64,000 nt of DNA from Utricularia gibba (lineage: Eukaryota; Plantae; Magnoliophyta), in assembly GCA_002189035.1 (NCBI GenBank), contig NEEC01000018.1, forward strand, positions 2,046,001-2,110,000, in the 5' to 3' direction. The translations under genes were made by a program, and so were the position numbers. Of the stretch, positions 1-13,434 are shown in pieces. Each line of letters starts with the position of its first letter. Position 1 is the first letter of the stretch. The notes under the pieces were generated by a model. The model saw only the letters and a list, made by a program, of their open reading frames with translations, was not told the DNA's origin and ran no database searches.

Positions 1-1141
1 ACTCGACGGCTATCCTCAGCCCAGATTCTAAATCGCCGCTCAGCAGCAAGGAGAAATCGAGGGCTGCGATTTCGCTCCTCAAGCTAGAGAAGAACCCAGA
101 ACGGATTCTCGATATCTGTCGAGCTGCGGCACTGACGCCGGAGTCGCATTTGGACAGGGTAGCTTACTCGACCGCGATTTCGAAGCTTAAGGACTCGAAT
201 TACTATGAGGGAATTCGAGACTTCGTTAGGGACTCGCTGGCACGCCCTGATTTCAAATCTGAGCGCTTTTTTAAGCATTTTATTGTTCTGTTTGGACAGG
301 CGGGTCTTATCAAGGATGCTGTTAAGTTGTTCGACGAAATGCCTAAGACGGGTGTTGATATGAGCGTGAAAGCGTTGAATTCTTTATTATTCTCTTGCAT
401 ACTGGCTGGAGAATACGGGGAGATGAAGAGGATTTTTTCCGATTTCCCGAGGAAATATGGGTTGAAGCCGGACTGTGATACGTATAACACCTTGTTGAAG
501 GGTTGTGTGAATCGGGCAGTTCCAGTTCTGCCTATTCAATACTATCCGAAATGGAGAGAAATGAGATAAAGCCTACTGCAGCCACGCTTTCCATTTTGAT
601 AGCAGGGTTTTATAAGGAGGAGAAGTTTAGTGATGTGGATAAGATAGTGGAGTCCATGAAGAAATATGGAGTACGTTCAGGAATTGGTGTCTACAATGCA
701 AAGATCCAAAGCTTGTGCAAACTTAAAAGATCAGCTGAGGCTAAGGGTGTGCTAGAAGAGATCTTGTGGAAGAAAATGGAGCCAAATAATGCGACGTACA
801 GCCATTTGATTCATGGGTTTTGCAAGGAAGGCAAGTTGGATATAGCCAAGGATTTGTTCAAGGAGATGATTAGTAGGAAGCTGAAACCGGAAGGTGTTTG
901 CTATTACAGACTGATACACTATTTGTGCCAAGGTAAGGATTTTGAGGCTGCATTGGCCGTTTATAAGGATTCTGTATCAAAAATTTGGGTGCCGAAAATA
1001 GTAACAATGAAGGCTCTTGTCAATGGACTGATTAGCATCCACAAAGTTGATGAGGCAAAAGAAATCATCGCATTTGTGAAAGAAAAATTCCCAGCAAAAG
1101 CAGATAAATGGACTGAGATTGAGGAAGTTTTATCCCAGTAG
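1..1141 (+). CDS. P-type PPR protein, PPR336/At1g61870-like (mitochondrial); 5' end lies outside the window; apparent 1-nt frameshift near 503
   Basis: The frame from position 3 reads STAILSPDSKSPLSSKEKSRAAISLLKLEKNPERILDICRAAALTPESHLDRVAYS, followed by PPR motifs. The second half (CESGSSSSAYSILSEMER...WTEIEEVLSQ*) is in the -1 frame. No introns. Both halves match the PPR336 family as I recall it. Confidence 0.85.
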
Positions 1142-1389
1142 ACTCTGCTTTTATGAATCTTCTATTGCTTGAATCTTTGGTAGCATACTGTCTTCCCTTT
1201 TATCATCTGGATTATGTTTTGTTCTGAACTGATGATTACTGTGAAATTCTATGGGGTCATCGGGTCATTACCCACGTCCTTATTAGTTCATAGCATTAGA
1301 AGATGTCAGGTTATTACCCCAACCTTTTTCGTTTAAACATTACAGCCACTCGGGGTTGTGGTGAAAGATTCTAAATTCAACAATTCTTT

Positions 1390-2400
1390 GTTACAACTTA
1401 CACAGGGGTCTTCCAAGAACCCATGCCCACTCCAGATATCGAGCCTGCAGATGTAACGTATCCTGAGGATTTTGTTCCTTTGCTATGGTTGGATAATGTC
1501 CATTGCTGGTGCATCTGTTTCAATGCAATTCACTTTCATCTTGGCAACCCTCGTCGATCTCAGCCAAGAAGAAGAAGAAGAATCGGGTTAGGGGATGAAG
1601 TTGATCTTGGCTCCTTACGTTCCACTTTTGTCTTGATAAAGAACCTGGGCATCAGTTACCTAGTGAAATGAGAATAATGATGATATGCATATCAGAAGAA
1701 ATGTCAAGAACGGCAGAATGAAGCTCGAGCAAACCTTAAGATGACCATGCGGAATGAAGTTGATGCGAAATCGGCGTCCAGCTTCGAGTTTATTCATTTG
1801 CGTCGAATCCTGGTTATGATCAATGAAGAAAAAGAAGCAAGCTTTAACAAAATTGGAAGACTCATTGTTGCCCAAATGGGAGCTGCATTTCCTAATGTTG
1901 CACCACAACCAATGTCAGCAATACTCATGACATCCGTGGGTTCCCTCTTTGGATTTCCTCCTTCCCAACTACAGGGCAAGACCAGTAGAAAGCCTGGTCA
2001 CTAATCTTAACACATACTGTGATTCAATATGTACTCGAAGCATTCGTAGAACAGCCTTTTGGTTCCCATTTTTTAGACACAATGCCTATACCTTCCCTCC
2101 TACAGTCCTCGACTTCCCTGATTCAGAAAGCAGTTTTAACATAGCTCATGCATGTCAAATTTGACACCGGACATTGAGAAAATCAGATTGAATCCGACCT
2201 TTACGATAGAAATGCGATCATCGAGGTTGCGATCGTCGTGAATATCTCCGAATTTGACCGGCGTCCGCACGTTGTAGCGTACGCACGCCTGATGAAACAT
2301 TGAACACTCGAGAAACTTGCGAGAACGTGGAGTTTCCGGAATCGGGGAAGCAACAATTGCGTACGGCTGGCGGTGATAGTTGTCGTTGTCGTCGTCCGAG
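1390..2400 (-). other. Possible unidentified spliced gene or degenerate gene
   Basis: There are several GT/AG-bounded, exon-like blocks on the minus strand (e.g. one reading DSTQMNKLEAGRRFRINFIPHGHLK). A promoter-like region with site II and G-box motifs lies at 2530-2730. I could not assemble a full ORF or recognise a family. Confidence 0.2.
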
Positions 2401-2639
2401 GATTTGGGGTTTTTCTGAAGAAGAGGAGAGGAGAAACGGAAACCAGAGTACAAAGCGGACACCTGGAGAGACCGACAAAATTTGGATTCTGTTGTGAAAT
2501 CCAGTTTCCAAGTTGAAACCCTGTCGAGTATGGTGGGCCGAGTCTCAGATGTTGGGCCGAAGCCCAATATAGCAATCATTTTCAGAACAGTAATGAAATA
2601 ATTTTTATATTTTTAAAACCTTTAAAAATGTAGAATCGA

Positions 2640-2760
2640 CCGACATGTCGGCCCGCTTCCACGTGAACCCCCTCATCCAGAATCGAAGTAAGCCAATGAA
2701 GGTTCTTTTCGACGCGGCTCCCACGTGAATGCCCCAAGGGCTCCTCATCCAAGAACTCCC
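2640..2760. promoter_or_regulatory. Duplicated G-box (CCACGTGAA) module with a 12-bp palindrome CCGACATGTCGG
   Basis: CCACGTGAA...CCTCATCCA occurs twice about 60 bp apart. The palindrome is at 2640-2651. Confidence 0.45.
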
Positions 2761-3975
2761 GAAGAAGCTACTGAAGGTGGTTTTACGTCAATTCGCTTGG
2801 GGATCTTCCGCCGTAGGGGCCAACAAATAGATAGTTGAACTCCGGCCAGCATTGGAATTCTCTGAGCGATCGATTACGAGGTGTGGACTGCGATTTTTCC
2901 TGATTTGGTGAATTCGAGTTCTTTTTAAATTTCTTTGTTGTTTTTTTTTTTTTTTTGGTGATTCAGTTATTGCACTGAATTTTTTTAATGAGCGTCTTAT
3001 TGGGGAGTCCACCGTCGAACCTAGGTTTTGCGATTGAGGCGCATTTCGTACCAGTACCATCCAAGACATTTTTGCGTAGTACAAGTATGCTCGTTGGGCG
3101 ACTGTGGTCCTGTTGTTTAAGATAAGGAGATATGATTCTTGTTGTTATTTGCTTTATTGAAAGCTCATCGAACCTGTTGAATCATGTCCCACCAGCCCAT
3201 TGCCTTGATGAAGAGATAAAATACACTTATTTTCCTTTTTACATGTGGCCACAAAAAGTAGTTGTTTATCTTCGGCCATGTCACTTGGTGGCCTTCGAAT
3301 ATTGTCAGTCGTATTTTCTCTAAGGAATGCTAGATAAAAACTCAAACTCAACCTGGAAAAACTTAAGGCCCAATTGCTTAGTGCATCCTATGTTTCATGC
3401 AATGGATTGTTATTGATAGATGTTGTTAAGAAATTTCCCCTTTCGTGACTTATTGAGCAGCGGGTCATTTAGAGATGGAGAAGCAATTTGAATCCAAAGG
3501 AAATTTCTTGGAAGGAGCATCTGCCGTTTGCCCTTACAGTAAAGCCAATCTCTCTTTCTTCAATTATTTTCGTTTTCTGGTATAATGAACTGTTTATTTG
3601 GCATGTGCTTCTACAAATGGCGTCTATCAACACAACATTGTAACTTGATAAGGTGGTCCAAAAGCTTAAATGGTTTTTTAAAAAAAGAGTTTCCATTTCC
3701 TGCTTTTCCTTCAGAAAACTGGTGATGGTTTATCTTCGTGGGAAAAAAACGGTTAAATGTTAACTGTGATGAACATTTATTGTGTTCTAACCTGGATATC
3801 ATGAAGTTTGAGGTCTCGGGTTTTGATATTATTCACTGTTGAATTTTATTTTTACTTTCCATAATGAACACAAAAATAAAAGGCCAGCATGTTTGTTAAC
3901 CAGTAACCAAAGTGATCTGAAACTTGTGTAAGTTTCTGATGCATAACAGGATAGGAGAGATACAAGAGAGACATC

Positions 3976-4443
3976 TTATGTAGTTGCATTCGACACTTTT
4001 TTCTTGCATAACCAGTACTTCTTGCATTCCTCAGGTGTTCTTCCTGGAATTCGACCTGAAATCAAATCCCACCTGGTGGAACAAAAAGGAATAAGCAGAG
4101 TGTTTGCCTGGAAAACTGACGCTCGATTACCACTACCTTTCTCCGACCAGTTTGTACATTCTGATCACAAGGTCTTCTTCATCAGTGGAGAATTCAACCC
4201 AGCTTGGGACCTCACCTTGATCTGCAAGGTATCACAAATTCCCTCACATCAGAAAACTAATTTTTTTGAAACTGGGGAGTTCCCCACACTTGTTGATGCG
4301 GTAACTATTCTTTTCGAGGGCAGAATGTTGAATAAACACGAGTCTCATGGGCAGAAGAAGGCTCATGTACCTGGGGAGGGTGTGAAAGCTTCACCTGTAG
4401 AAGCCTTCTCTGAGGTTTCCATGACAGGAGAGGATATGCTCAT
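3976..4443 (-). CDS. Single-repeat R3-MYB, CAPRICE/TRIPTYCHON/ETC family
   Basis: Three exons (4443-4395, 4221-4137, 4072-3976) with GT-AG introns splice in frame to [70 protein letters not shown]. Not present in the ORF track. Confidence 0.9.
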
Positions 4444-4994
4444 CGGTTTGGTGCCTCCGCCTCAAGGGTGCTCATCAGCGGCCTGTAAGCGATGAATATA
4501 TAGAAGAACGGGGGCCGAAACCCCAACACCACTTTACTTTATTTTATATTCCATTTTCCCAATCCCACTCACTACTTGTGTATTATGTTTTTGCAGTTGA
4601 TTTGAGTTATCACTCCAACTTTCTCGCGACTTCACATGCTCCGTGGACAATCATGTGCTTTGCCTTCCAATCCGGTGTCCCTTTAATCAGCTGTCCAAAA
4701 CCCATGGACGTGTGCGTGAAAAGCTCCTCTTCCTCTAAAGAGATGGCCGGCAGGGGTTTGTGGAGTCTGGGAGGAGGAATAAGGTATGTGAAGGAATTTC
4801 ATTAAAATAAAAAAATATGAAATTTAAATAATGAATTATATGTGCAACCATCAATCTTGGGTGTCTAGGTGGCTAGCACGGATTGGCCGGAGGGCATCTG
4901 ACATTGGATAAGGTGAATGGCTAAAGGCAGGGGCGAGGGAGCTGATAACGCCATCTACGCGGAGCATCCGTGGGACGAATTGTGTGATCAGGAA

Positions 4995-5942
4995 ATGGCT
5001 CAAGCTATGGCGTCAACCGCCGGCTTCCTTGGCTCTTCTCAAGCTGTTCTCGAGGGCAGTCTCCACCATGGTGGCTCGGCTCGCCTCGGCGTGGCAACCC
5101 CTGCCAGAGTTGCCGTGGCGCGTCCCGGATTCAGCGTCCGAGCCCTGCAGCAGAACCCGGCCGAGACCGAAACTAGCCGCCGCGCAATGCTGGGTCTTGT
5201 GGCGGCGGGGATCGCCTCTGGCTCGTTTGTTCAAGCCGTGCTCGCTGATGCCACATCGATCAAGATCGGCCCTCCTCCGCTCCCCTCCGGTGGACTTCGT
5301 AAGTTCCCATTTTGACATCAATTGCGTTAAAATTCATTCCTTAGATGTTTTTTTTTTTCTTGAAATTGCGGATCTGGGAAGAAAAATCTCTGAGCTACAG
5401 TCCCTTGTCCCATGTCGGTAGTCCCTGAAATTGTGATGTGCTGAGAAACTATGTTGCTATGTGTAGCGGGGACACTCAACTCCGATGAGCCAAGAGACCT
5501 GAAGCTGCCCCTCAAGGACCGATTCTTCCTCCAACCGTTGCCCCCATCGGAGGCCGCCGCCAGGGCAAAGGTGTCAGCCGAAGACATCATCAAAGTAAAG
5601 GGACTGATCGAAAAGAAAGCCTGGCCTTACGTTCAGAACGACCTCCGGCTGAAGGCCTCCTACCTCCGGTATGATCTCAATACTGTCATCTCCGCCAAGC
5701 CCAAAGCAGAGAAGCAGGAACTCAAGACCCTCACCGCCAAACTGTTCGACACCATCGGCAATGTCGGTCTCGTTTTCCTCCCCATTGTTCATGATTCCAC
5801 TGCTTGATTGACTCACTGATCATGCTACTGTCCATTCTTGCAGCTCGACTACGCGGCAAAGAAGAAAAGCAGCTCCAACGCTGAGAAATACTACGCCGAG
5901 ACTGTATCCGTGTTGAATGAAGTTCTTGCAAAGCTTGGGTAG
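4995..5942 (+). CDS. PSBQ: Photosystem II oxygen-evolving enhancer protein 3 (PsbQ)
   Basis: Three exons (4995-5298, 5467-5762, 5844-5942). Contains a transit peptide, [33 protein letters not shown] and a C-terminal NEVLAKLG*. Confidence 0.97.
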
Positions 5943-6550
5943 GAAGCAGAACACAAGTACTCTGTCATCCCCTCTGTTTCTGGAAATTTTCCATTTCTGT
6001 GATATATCACTGTTTATCTCCAAGCTTCATTGCCATAATTGGGGTACAGCTACCGACAGGCTGTTCGTAATGACGTCTTAGTTGGAGATAATTATTGTGG
6101 TAATTTCCCAAATTAAATTAATACCGCTGGTACCTGGTTGTAAGGGATGGCGACATGGGAATATAAATTTCAACAAAATCTAGGGAAAAGAATTACCAAA
6201 TTATTATTATTATTTCCAAGGAAAAAATATTTTTTTTGTCAGTTTATATGTTTTATATAATTTTTTATGTTAAATTGCGATGGAGACAGAAAACAAGGGT
6301 AGACTTTTTCGTCGAACAGAGTCGGTTTATTACATACAGCTAGATATCAAAGGGAATGATGTGACGGGTTTGACTCCTCGCTTTCAAGAGGATGTCGAAT
6401 ATTCCTTTCCACACTGAGGAAGGAAGAGTGCAGTTGTTCGAGCCGTTCAGGTTGAATGATCCCACCCCGTGTCCATTGACAGACTGGGCCTATAACTACT
6501 GCTACCCTTTTACTCTGCAGACGTGCATCCAGAGCAGCAGCTTGGGAAGC

Positions 6551-6835
6551 ATGGCACCCAAGCTTCTTCTTCTGCTGCTGCCGCTGCTGCTGCTGCTGCT
6601 TGTTTGCAGATGTGAATCAAGAGTGCTTCCCGTCGCTACGGCTCCCGCTCCTGCTGTTGGGGATTTGGGGATTGCTCCTGTGGCGTCAGTGGGTCCAGAA
6701 GAGGGGCGCCATCGATCAAGGGATGAGTCTTTTGCTGGTGGGGATTTGATTCTCGGAGGCTTTGCCACTGCTTTTGTGGGGGTGATCGTGTGTTACATTC
6801 GGGTAACAAGACGAAGAGATGGCCGGAAAGTATGA
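6551..6835 (+). CDS. Small secreted/single-pass membrane protein (plant uncharacterised family)
   Basis: Poly-Leu signal peptide, AP-rich spacer, and a conserved-type C-terminus SFAGGDLILGGFATAFVGVIVCYIRVTRRR. A TATA-like TATAACT lies upstream. Confidence 0.75.
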   Translation: MAPKLLLLLLPLLLLLLVCRCESRVLPVATAPAPAVGDLGIAPVASVGPEEGRHRSRDESFAGGDLILGGFATAFVGVIVCYIRVTRRRDGRKV

Positions 6836-6963
6836 GTGAAGAGGAGGACATGGGTGCATGTAAAATAGTTGGTAGTTTCTTGTGCTGTGTTGCGGGGAAC
6901 ATTGAACTTTACACTTATTTTGATACAGCAGCAGCTTTATAGAATAATGATATTACTAGTAGT

Positions 6964-8471
6964 TCAGAAGTTCAGACTAACGATACTCGCGTTGCACTCT
7001 TCGCCACCTTCCGGCCTTCGCCTCTCGCCGGGGTTCCCCATTCCGCTGTCCGCCTTCCAGCTCCCGCTCTCCGATTTCCCGTCTTCGATGCTCTCGGATG
7101 AGTTACCGATGGCACCTCCCTGAACACCTGATTCCGGAGAAAAGTTTCTCTGCGTCAACGGCGTGTACAGTCGGTGGTGCGCGTCTCCCTGGTGGTGGTG
7201 AGCGGCCGAGGGTGGCGACGGTGCGATCGCCGAAAACATTTCCTGACGCACGGCCGCACTCTGGGGGCAGAAAGGATGCGGAGGTGCACCGTACAGAGCG
7301 CCCGGTCCTCCACCTTGAACGGCTGCTGCGTACTCCGGTGGAACCCATATCCCTCCGAGGACCACCACCTGCGGTGGCGCCGCCACCGCTGCCTGCGGCG
7401 CTGGGCTTGGCCTTCTAGTATGGAGTCTATATTTCTGCACCAACCCACCGTTCAAATTCGTTTCTTCGTCTTTTTTTTTAAATGTAATTTATTATGACAA
7501 TTGTGGGCCCCACAATCATTGGCTTGGTTGGAACTCAGCGAAATGTGGGAAGTTCCCAACAAGGGCAAAAAGGTCTACCTGCAAATGACTTTTGACTTCG
7601 TCGTTGGTTAATCCGTCCACCTTCATCAGCTCCCTGATCTGCTTCGGAGTAGCAACTGCAATTTTCCGACAAGAAGCACCACTTGGTCACCTTTTCAATC
7701 ACGTGGGGTTCACTCACTAATTGCGCAATTACCTTGCGGCCCGCCCAATATTTGGAGAGCCTTGACGAACCGTCTGTGTAGATCCGGCGACCAGCACCGC
7801 CGTGCCTTTCTCTGCGTCGTGGATCCTCCGCCGTGCTCCCTCTTGGTCTCCGGGGAGCTCCGACTGTCTTCTCCCCCGTGGTTCGAAGCTAGGGCTAACT
7901 CGGGGAACCCTTCTTCTGATGACGACGCTTTGTCCCTGGAAGGGAAGGGATGGAAAGCGCCACTGTTGATCCTTGGCTTTCCGCCGTTCAAGCTGAACTT
8001 GATCTCAGCTTCGTCTGGAACAGAATGGGCCTTCTCATTCTCTCGGTTCCAGAGCTGCGCAGAGGTCATCCAGTCAGACCTATCCGTCGCCGTACTCCCA
8101 ACTTCCATCTCCGATCCATCGCCTCCTTTCTTGATCGGAATGAACTCTTCCAGCACCGGATTCGATCGCCGCGTCCGCAACTGCAGCCTCGACGCTTCCA
8201 TCGCTGGCAAAACAATGTGACAAAACCACACTTCCCATCACTATTTTTTCAAGAAACCCTAACCACATGATATCACGCCGGCCACAAGGTAATCAAGTGT
8301 GGCGATCTTACCATCGGCGAGAAGCTGCATACACAGAGGAAGCTCGCGCTTGAACGCTTCGATCTTGTGGCGTTCCTCTTCGAGCCGGGAAAGGAACTCT
8401 TCCAGCTTCTGGGCCTCGTCCAACTTGAGATGGGGTTTGCATTCAAAGCTCAGGTCCCATGGAGGATTCAT
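6964..8471 (-). CDS. GARP/G2-like MYB transcription factor, HRS1/HHO/NIGT1 family (EFM/HHO5-like)
   Basis: Four exons: [22 protein letters not shown]; PVLEEFIP...[10 protein letters not shown]...[24 protein letters not shown]; [26 protein letters not shown]; KYRLHTRRP...[13 protein letters not shown]. Confidence 0.93.
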
Positions 8472-11400
8472 CTGTTACACTCAAGAGGTAGCTGAGGAGA
8501 CAAACGCAGGCTTTGCGAGTAGGGTTTTTTTTAACAAGAGAGAAGAAGAGTGGAGAATAAAGGCAAGTTTTGGAGAGAAGAGATAACCAGAAAAGCTGAA
8601 GAGCAATGGCTTCTTGCATAGACCAAGGACCGAAAAAGGTCATATTTAATGCTGTCTTCGGAGAAGGAATCCAACATTCCTACTGGGTTTTTTTTCAATA
8701 AAAATATCATTTCTTTTATTTTTAATCTGCAATTTGGAAAATTAAATGTTATAAAAATAAAATAATCAATTATTCTTATCGAATTCACGAATTTAAATAC
8801 ATTTGAAATTGATAAAAAAAAATTTTATAAGTCGAAATTTATTTGAATCTCCATTCTATAAAAACCCAATTTTTTCACATTAAATTTAAGTAAATTAAAC
8901 TTGTTTTATTCTAATCACATTAAACAACACACAATTAAGTAATAAATTAAGTTACCAAATACTCACAAGTTTTTTTACTATTATTTTTTACTTTTTCTCT
9001 AGAACAGTGCCCTTTTTTCTCTTTTTTTACTGCGCCAAGGTGAAAACTGAAAAGAGAGGAGCCTTCCATGGATGTTTGAACTCACACCAAACCCAATGAC
9101 CCAACTCCTCTTCTTCTCCTTCTTCTTCTTTTTTCCTTTTGGTGATACTTCTTTTGTTTTACCACTTTAATTATGTTTTCACTGTTCACCACTTTCCCTT
9201 CATTCAAGAGCTCCCATCTTTTCCTTTTGGTTACCCCAAACCCCCATTATCATGGTACCTGATGCATCAGAGTCCAAAAAAACTCAACCTTTAGATGCCA
9301 TGTCTCATTGATCAAGCTCATTGTAGTGCATGAAGCTCGTATAATGGATTTCGAGGTCGAAAACATGGGTATTATTAGAGCCTTGAGCGCGGCATTAAGA
9401 AAGGGAGGGAGGAGATATTTAGCATGGCTTTGGAACTGGGGATCAATCCCATGGGCAGCAGCAGCGCCTCTTTATTCTTCTCAGCTTTCAAAAAGTCGCA
9501 TAATTCTGTACTAAAAGCGTTGGTTAGGAAGGGAGTTGATGTGCAGTGCAGATTCCAAGGAATGCTTCTAGTCTTCATCTTATTTCAAGTATGTTTTATT
9601 ACACCAAAATTATTAACTAATCAGCACGCAAATCCACGTGGAGTTGGTCTCGAGGGAATCTTCTTTTGGTTCCGGCTTTTCGCTTAAGTGGTGGACAAGG
9701 CACTCTTGATTCTTGGCCTTGGATTCACCTCCTACATTTGAATTACTTGGATCCCATTCGGGTTCGGGTCGGGTGACACCCGAACTCATGTTTGGTAGAT
9801 TAGTTTACAGTTATAAAAAAACATAATTACTGATTAGTTTATTGCATAATCTCTTACGTGCATTTATATGAAAATGATTAATTCAAATACATTACTAATT
9901 AAAATATCGAAATCGAATTGAATCTTATAAGCCACTTGGTTGAAAGCATAGGGTTGGATGCTTTGTTAAAGCCACTTAGAAGCAAAAGCATGAGGATAGC
10001 ATATTCACAAGACACACAAAGTGGATTTAAGAAAATTTAAATTCAATGATGGAGAATAAATTGGGATTAAAGTTGCATTTTTTCCACATGAAAAAGAAAA
10101 AAATAAGGATAAAAAACACAGGGAATCTAATTCCAAAGGCACTTGTGGGATTGAATTTGGAGTTGGTTGTGTGTCCCCTTTCTCTCCCATAAATCTTCAC
10201 TTACAAGACTCCAATACTTCACTTTTCCCAATATTCTCCTTTTTAAATATATTTTTTTCAATATTTAATCAAACTGAAACCTACATATCTTATATCATAT
10301 GATATGAGGAAAAATTCCCCTTTTCCAATATCACATTCAAATGATTTTTTTTTTCGAATTATTCCATTACGTTTCAATTCTTATTCTTCTTCTACACTAT
10401 TTTTAATCACGCTACCTTCTTCTAGATTTGTTCAAGTAAGTTGATATTGAATTGAATATTTTAACTATAATTCTTTTATCCAAAGGTTAAAAAGGAGGAG
10501 ATAATTGTCTTTTCCACACAAATGCTACAAGTGTTGGGGAGGAAAAGATGAAAAGGGAGAAGTTTGGGGCAATTTTGCAATTTATGAGTAAACCAAGACA
10601 ATGAATTAAAAAAAATAAAGTATCTTTCTTTTTTGCTTTGCTTGTGGTGTGGCGAGATTCGACCTCTGACACGTCTTTAGTATTCTGTGAGTCAGAATAT
10701 TCCTCTTGTTTCGGAAATTTTACATATTCCAATTTATGGCAACTCAGTCCTCGTATTTCAAAGTTTCATGATTTCGACCCCGTGACTTGTAGTAAACTAA
10801 AATACCAATAGTTTGTTGGGTCAAATTGAAAATATCCAAATCTAATCAAGGGCATTATAATTTTAAAAAATTGTGAGCCTATTTTATTTTGATATTCACT
10901 AAACTCAAGCTCAAATTATTTTTAGGTAAATTATTTTAATTGATAAATATGTAGTTTTTTCTTAAGCACGTATGTAATTTATGAAGTATAAATCCTTTAA
11001 TTTTTTATTTTATAAATATATTTAACAAAATAATGACAACTTTAATGTACATTTATAAAATCTATCTATGGAATACAATTTCAATTATAGTATTTAAATA
11101 TAAATAATTTAGCTACATTATTCGAAGAAAAAAAACATAATTTTATTAATATAATTATATTGAAGTGAATAGAATGGGCCTGCCCATCTTCTTAACGATC
11201 TACTGTGGGCCTGGGCCTCGCCCTAGCCCACCGCCAAAAATTGAATCTCTGTCTTTTTCTTTTTTTGGAAAAAAAAAGAGTCGGCTATAAATAATGGGAA
11301 AAGCGTGTTGGTTGGAGAAGCGCGACATTAGGAGACATTAGAAGAGTGAGAGTCGGCCGTTGAAGTGTGGAGTTCGGAAAGAGGCCACCAAGTGACTCCA

Positions 11401-11489
11401 AGGAGCCTGTTCAAAAGTCGCTCTCTTGCTCGTGAAGCAGCTGTGAAAGAAAAGCCGGCGTCGTTTTGATCGGCTGCCGCGGCGTCTGT

Positions 11490-12863
11490 ATGGCCATTGC
11501 GGAGGATAGGACTGAGCCCAAGGTGTGGGGATTTTTCAAGCTGCCTTTTCGAAATTCCCACTCCAATTTACCTCACAATTACGGGCATCCTCCGGCGGAA
11601 GGATACAGTGCTAGTGGCACCTCCGTTTCTTCAGTTGCTAGATCTTTGCTGCCTGCACGGCGTCTGTTGAAGCTCGACCCCTGTAATAAGCTCTACTTCC
11701 CTTGTACGGATCATGCCCCCAACCTCCAATATTTCTTCACTTTTTTTTTCCTTGAGTTGAAATGTTTCTGGGTTTGGTGATGGATCTTGAAATTCTGGGG
11801 TTGTGCAGATGAACCCGGGAAACAAGTCAGAAGTGCTATCAAAATTAGAAATTCAAGCAAGTCTCTTGTGGCTTTCAAGGTACTCTACTTGGGGCTCCTC
11901 TGTATTTCTTGTCTTCAATATCAGCCTATCTTCTTGAGTGTGATATGTTTTTTGTAACTCTAGTTCCAAACAACGGCACCTAAAAGTTGCTACATGCGCC
12001 CTCCCGGGGCTATCCTTGCTCCTGGCGAGAGTATCATTGCAACCGGTATTTTTTTGATGTGCGATTTGGATATTGCTCTTCTTCTGGGAGGTTGACTATC
12101 TTGCACCGTTATGCTTGTTGTAGTCTTCAAGTTTGTGGAGCCTCCAGAGGATAATGAAAAACCAATGGATCAGAAAAACAGGGTGAAGTTCAAGATCGTG
12201 AGCTTAAAGATTAAAGAAGCAGTGGAATACCACGCCGAATTGGTTTGTCTCCTTTTTGTATTGATCTAAAGCATTACTTCATCTACCATTGCCATTCCAT
12301 GGCATCAGGCCTTTGGACTGTATGATCAATATATATATTCTAGATATATGGAACACCTGCTTATTTCCATGGGTTCCAATGCCTCCTGTATGTCTCGGAA
12401 CAGTTTGATGAACATAAAGATGAAGTGGTGGTGGAGCGAATACTGAAGGTTGTCTTCCTGAATGTAGAACGCAATAGTCCTGTAAGTAACATTTCTTTAG
12501 GCTTCATGGCTAAGCCCAAACTCCTAGGTGAGGTTTCTTCATGTTCTGAAAATGCATCTCTTTTGCTCAACTATGAAGGCTTTGGAGAAGTTAAACAGTC
12601 AGTTGGCAGAAGCTGAGGCCGAGCTTGAGGCCCGCAAGAAGCCATCTACGGATAGCAGCACAAAGTTCGTTGGAGAGGGGCTGGTTATAGATGAATGGGT
12701 AGGTAATCCAAGCCATAATAAGAAGAGAAGGATACCTCTTTGTGTCTCCAGAAAAAAGTCAAACTTTTTCTATTCCTTTTTTCTTAATGAATCATCCGTT
12801 TTGTGTCTTCAGAAGGAAAGAAGAGAACGATACCTTGCTCGTCAACAAGAGGAAGGCGGCTGA
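11490..12863 (+). CDS. Vesicle-associated protein 4 type (MSP/PapD-like domain, VAP family)
   Basis: Seven in-frame exons, including LKLDPCNKLYFP-YEPGKQVRSAIKIRN, FQTTAPKSCYMRPPG, VGEGLVIDEW-KERRERYLARQQ. Confidence 0.92.
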
Positions 12864-13434
12864 ATAATCTTTGTGAAAACAGAAAATCCCCGTTGTATAT
12901 TGTTGGATTGCAGTTTGAGGGTTGTGCTTGAAACTCCATTTTATTCAGATTCATCTTCTGTTACTTGTGAATCTCTGTAAAATAGCTTTGGTGTTCGATC
13001 TGAGTTCATTTATGTCTATCGTGTAGTTCATTGACTGTAGACTGTATATTCCTTATCTGAAAGCTAAATTACAGAATGTAAGAAATCCACTGCAGATCAG
13101 AGAAATTGACCTTGAACCACATAAATGAATCATCAAAGAGGCCATCCCTGCGAACTTATGGCAAGTTTTTGGAGCTCAATATCTCATATAAGGTAACCTT
13201 CTATTCATAACCACCCATCATCCAAAATCAATCTGTAATCATCTTATGTAAAATAGATACAAGAGTACATTGACAATTCACAGCAAGTCTACCTCTGACA
13301 CTGGCTTGTTAAATATACAGAAAACAACTACGAGAGCAAAATCCCTGATCTTCAGCAGAGTATTGAAGAATAATAAACTAGCCTTTTTGCACATCTATAA
13401 CGTGTAGATAATGAATTACAGGCCTAGGTGTCGA

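Noticed and set aside
9195-9225. miR159/319-like fragment (CTTCATTCAAGAGCTCCC)
   Set aside because: The sub-blocks are in the wrong order relative to the mature miRNA, and there is no fold-back partner.
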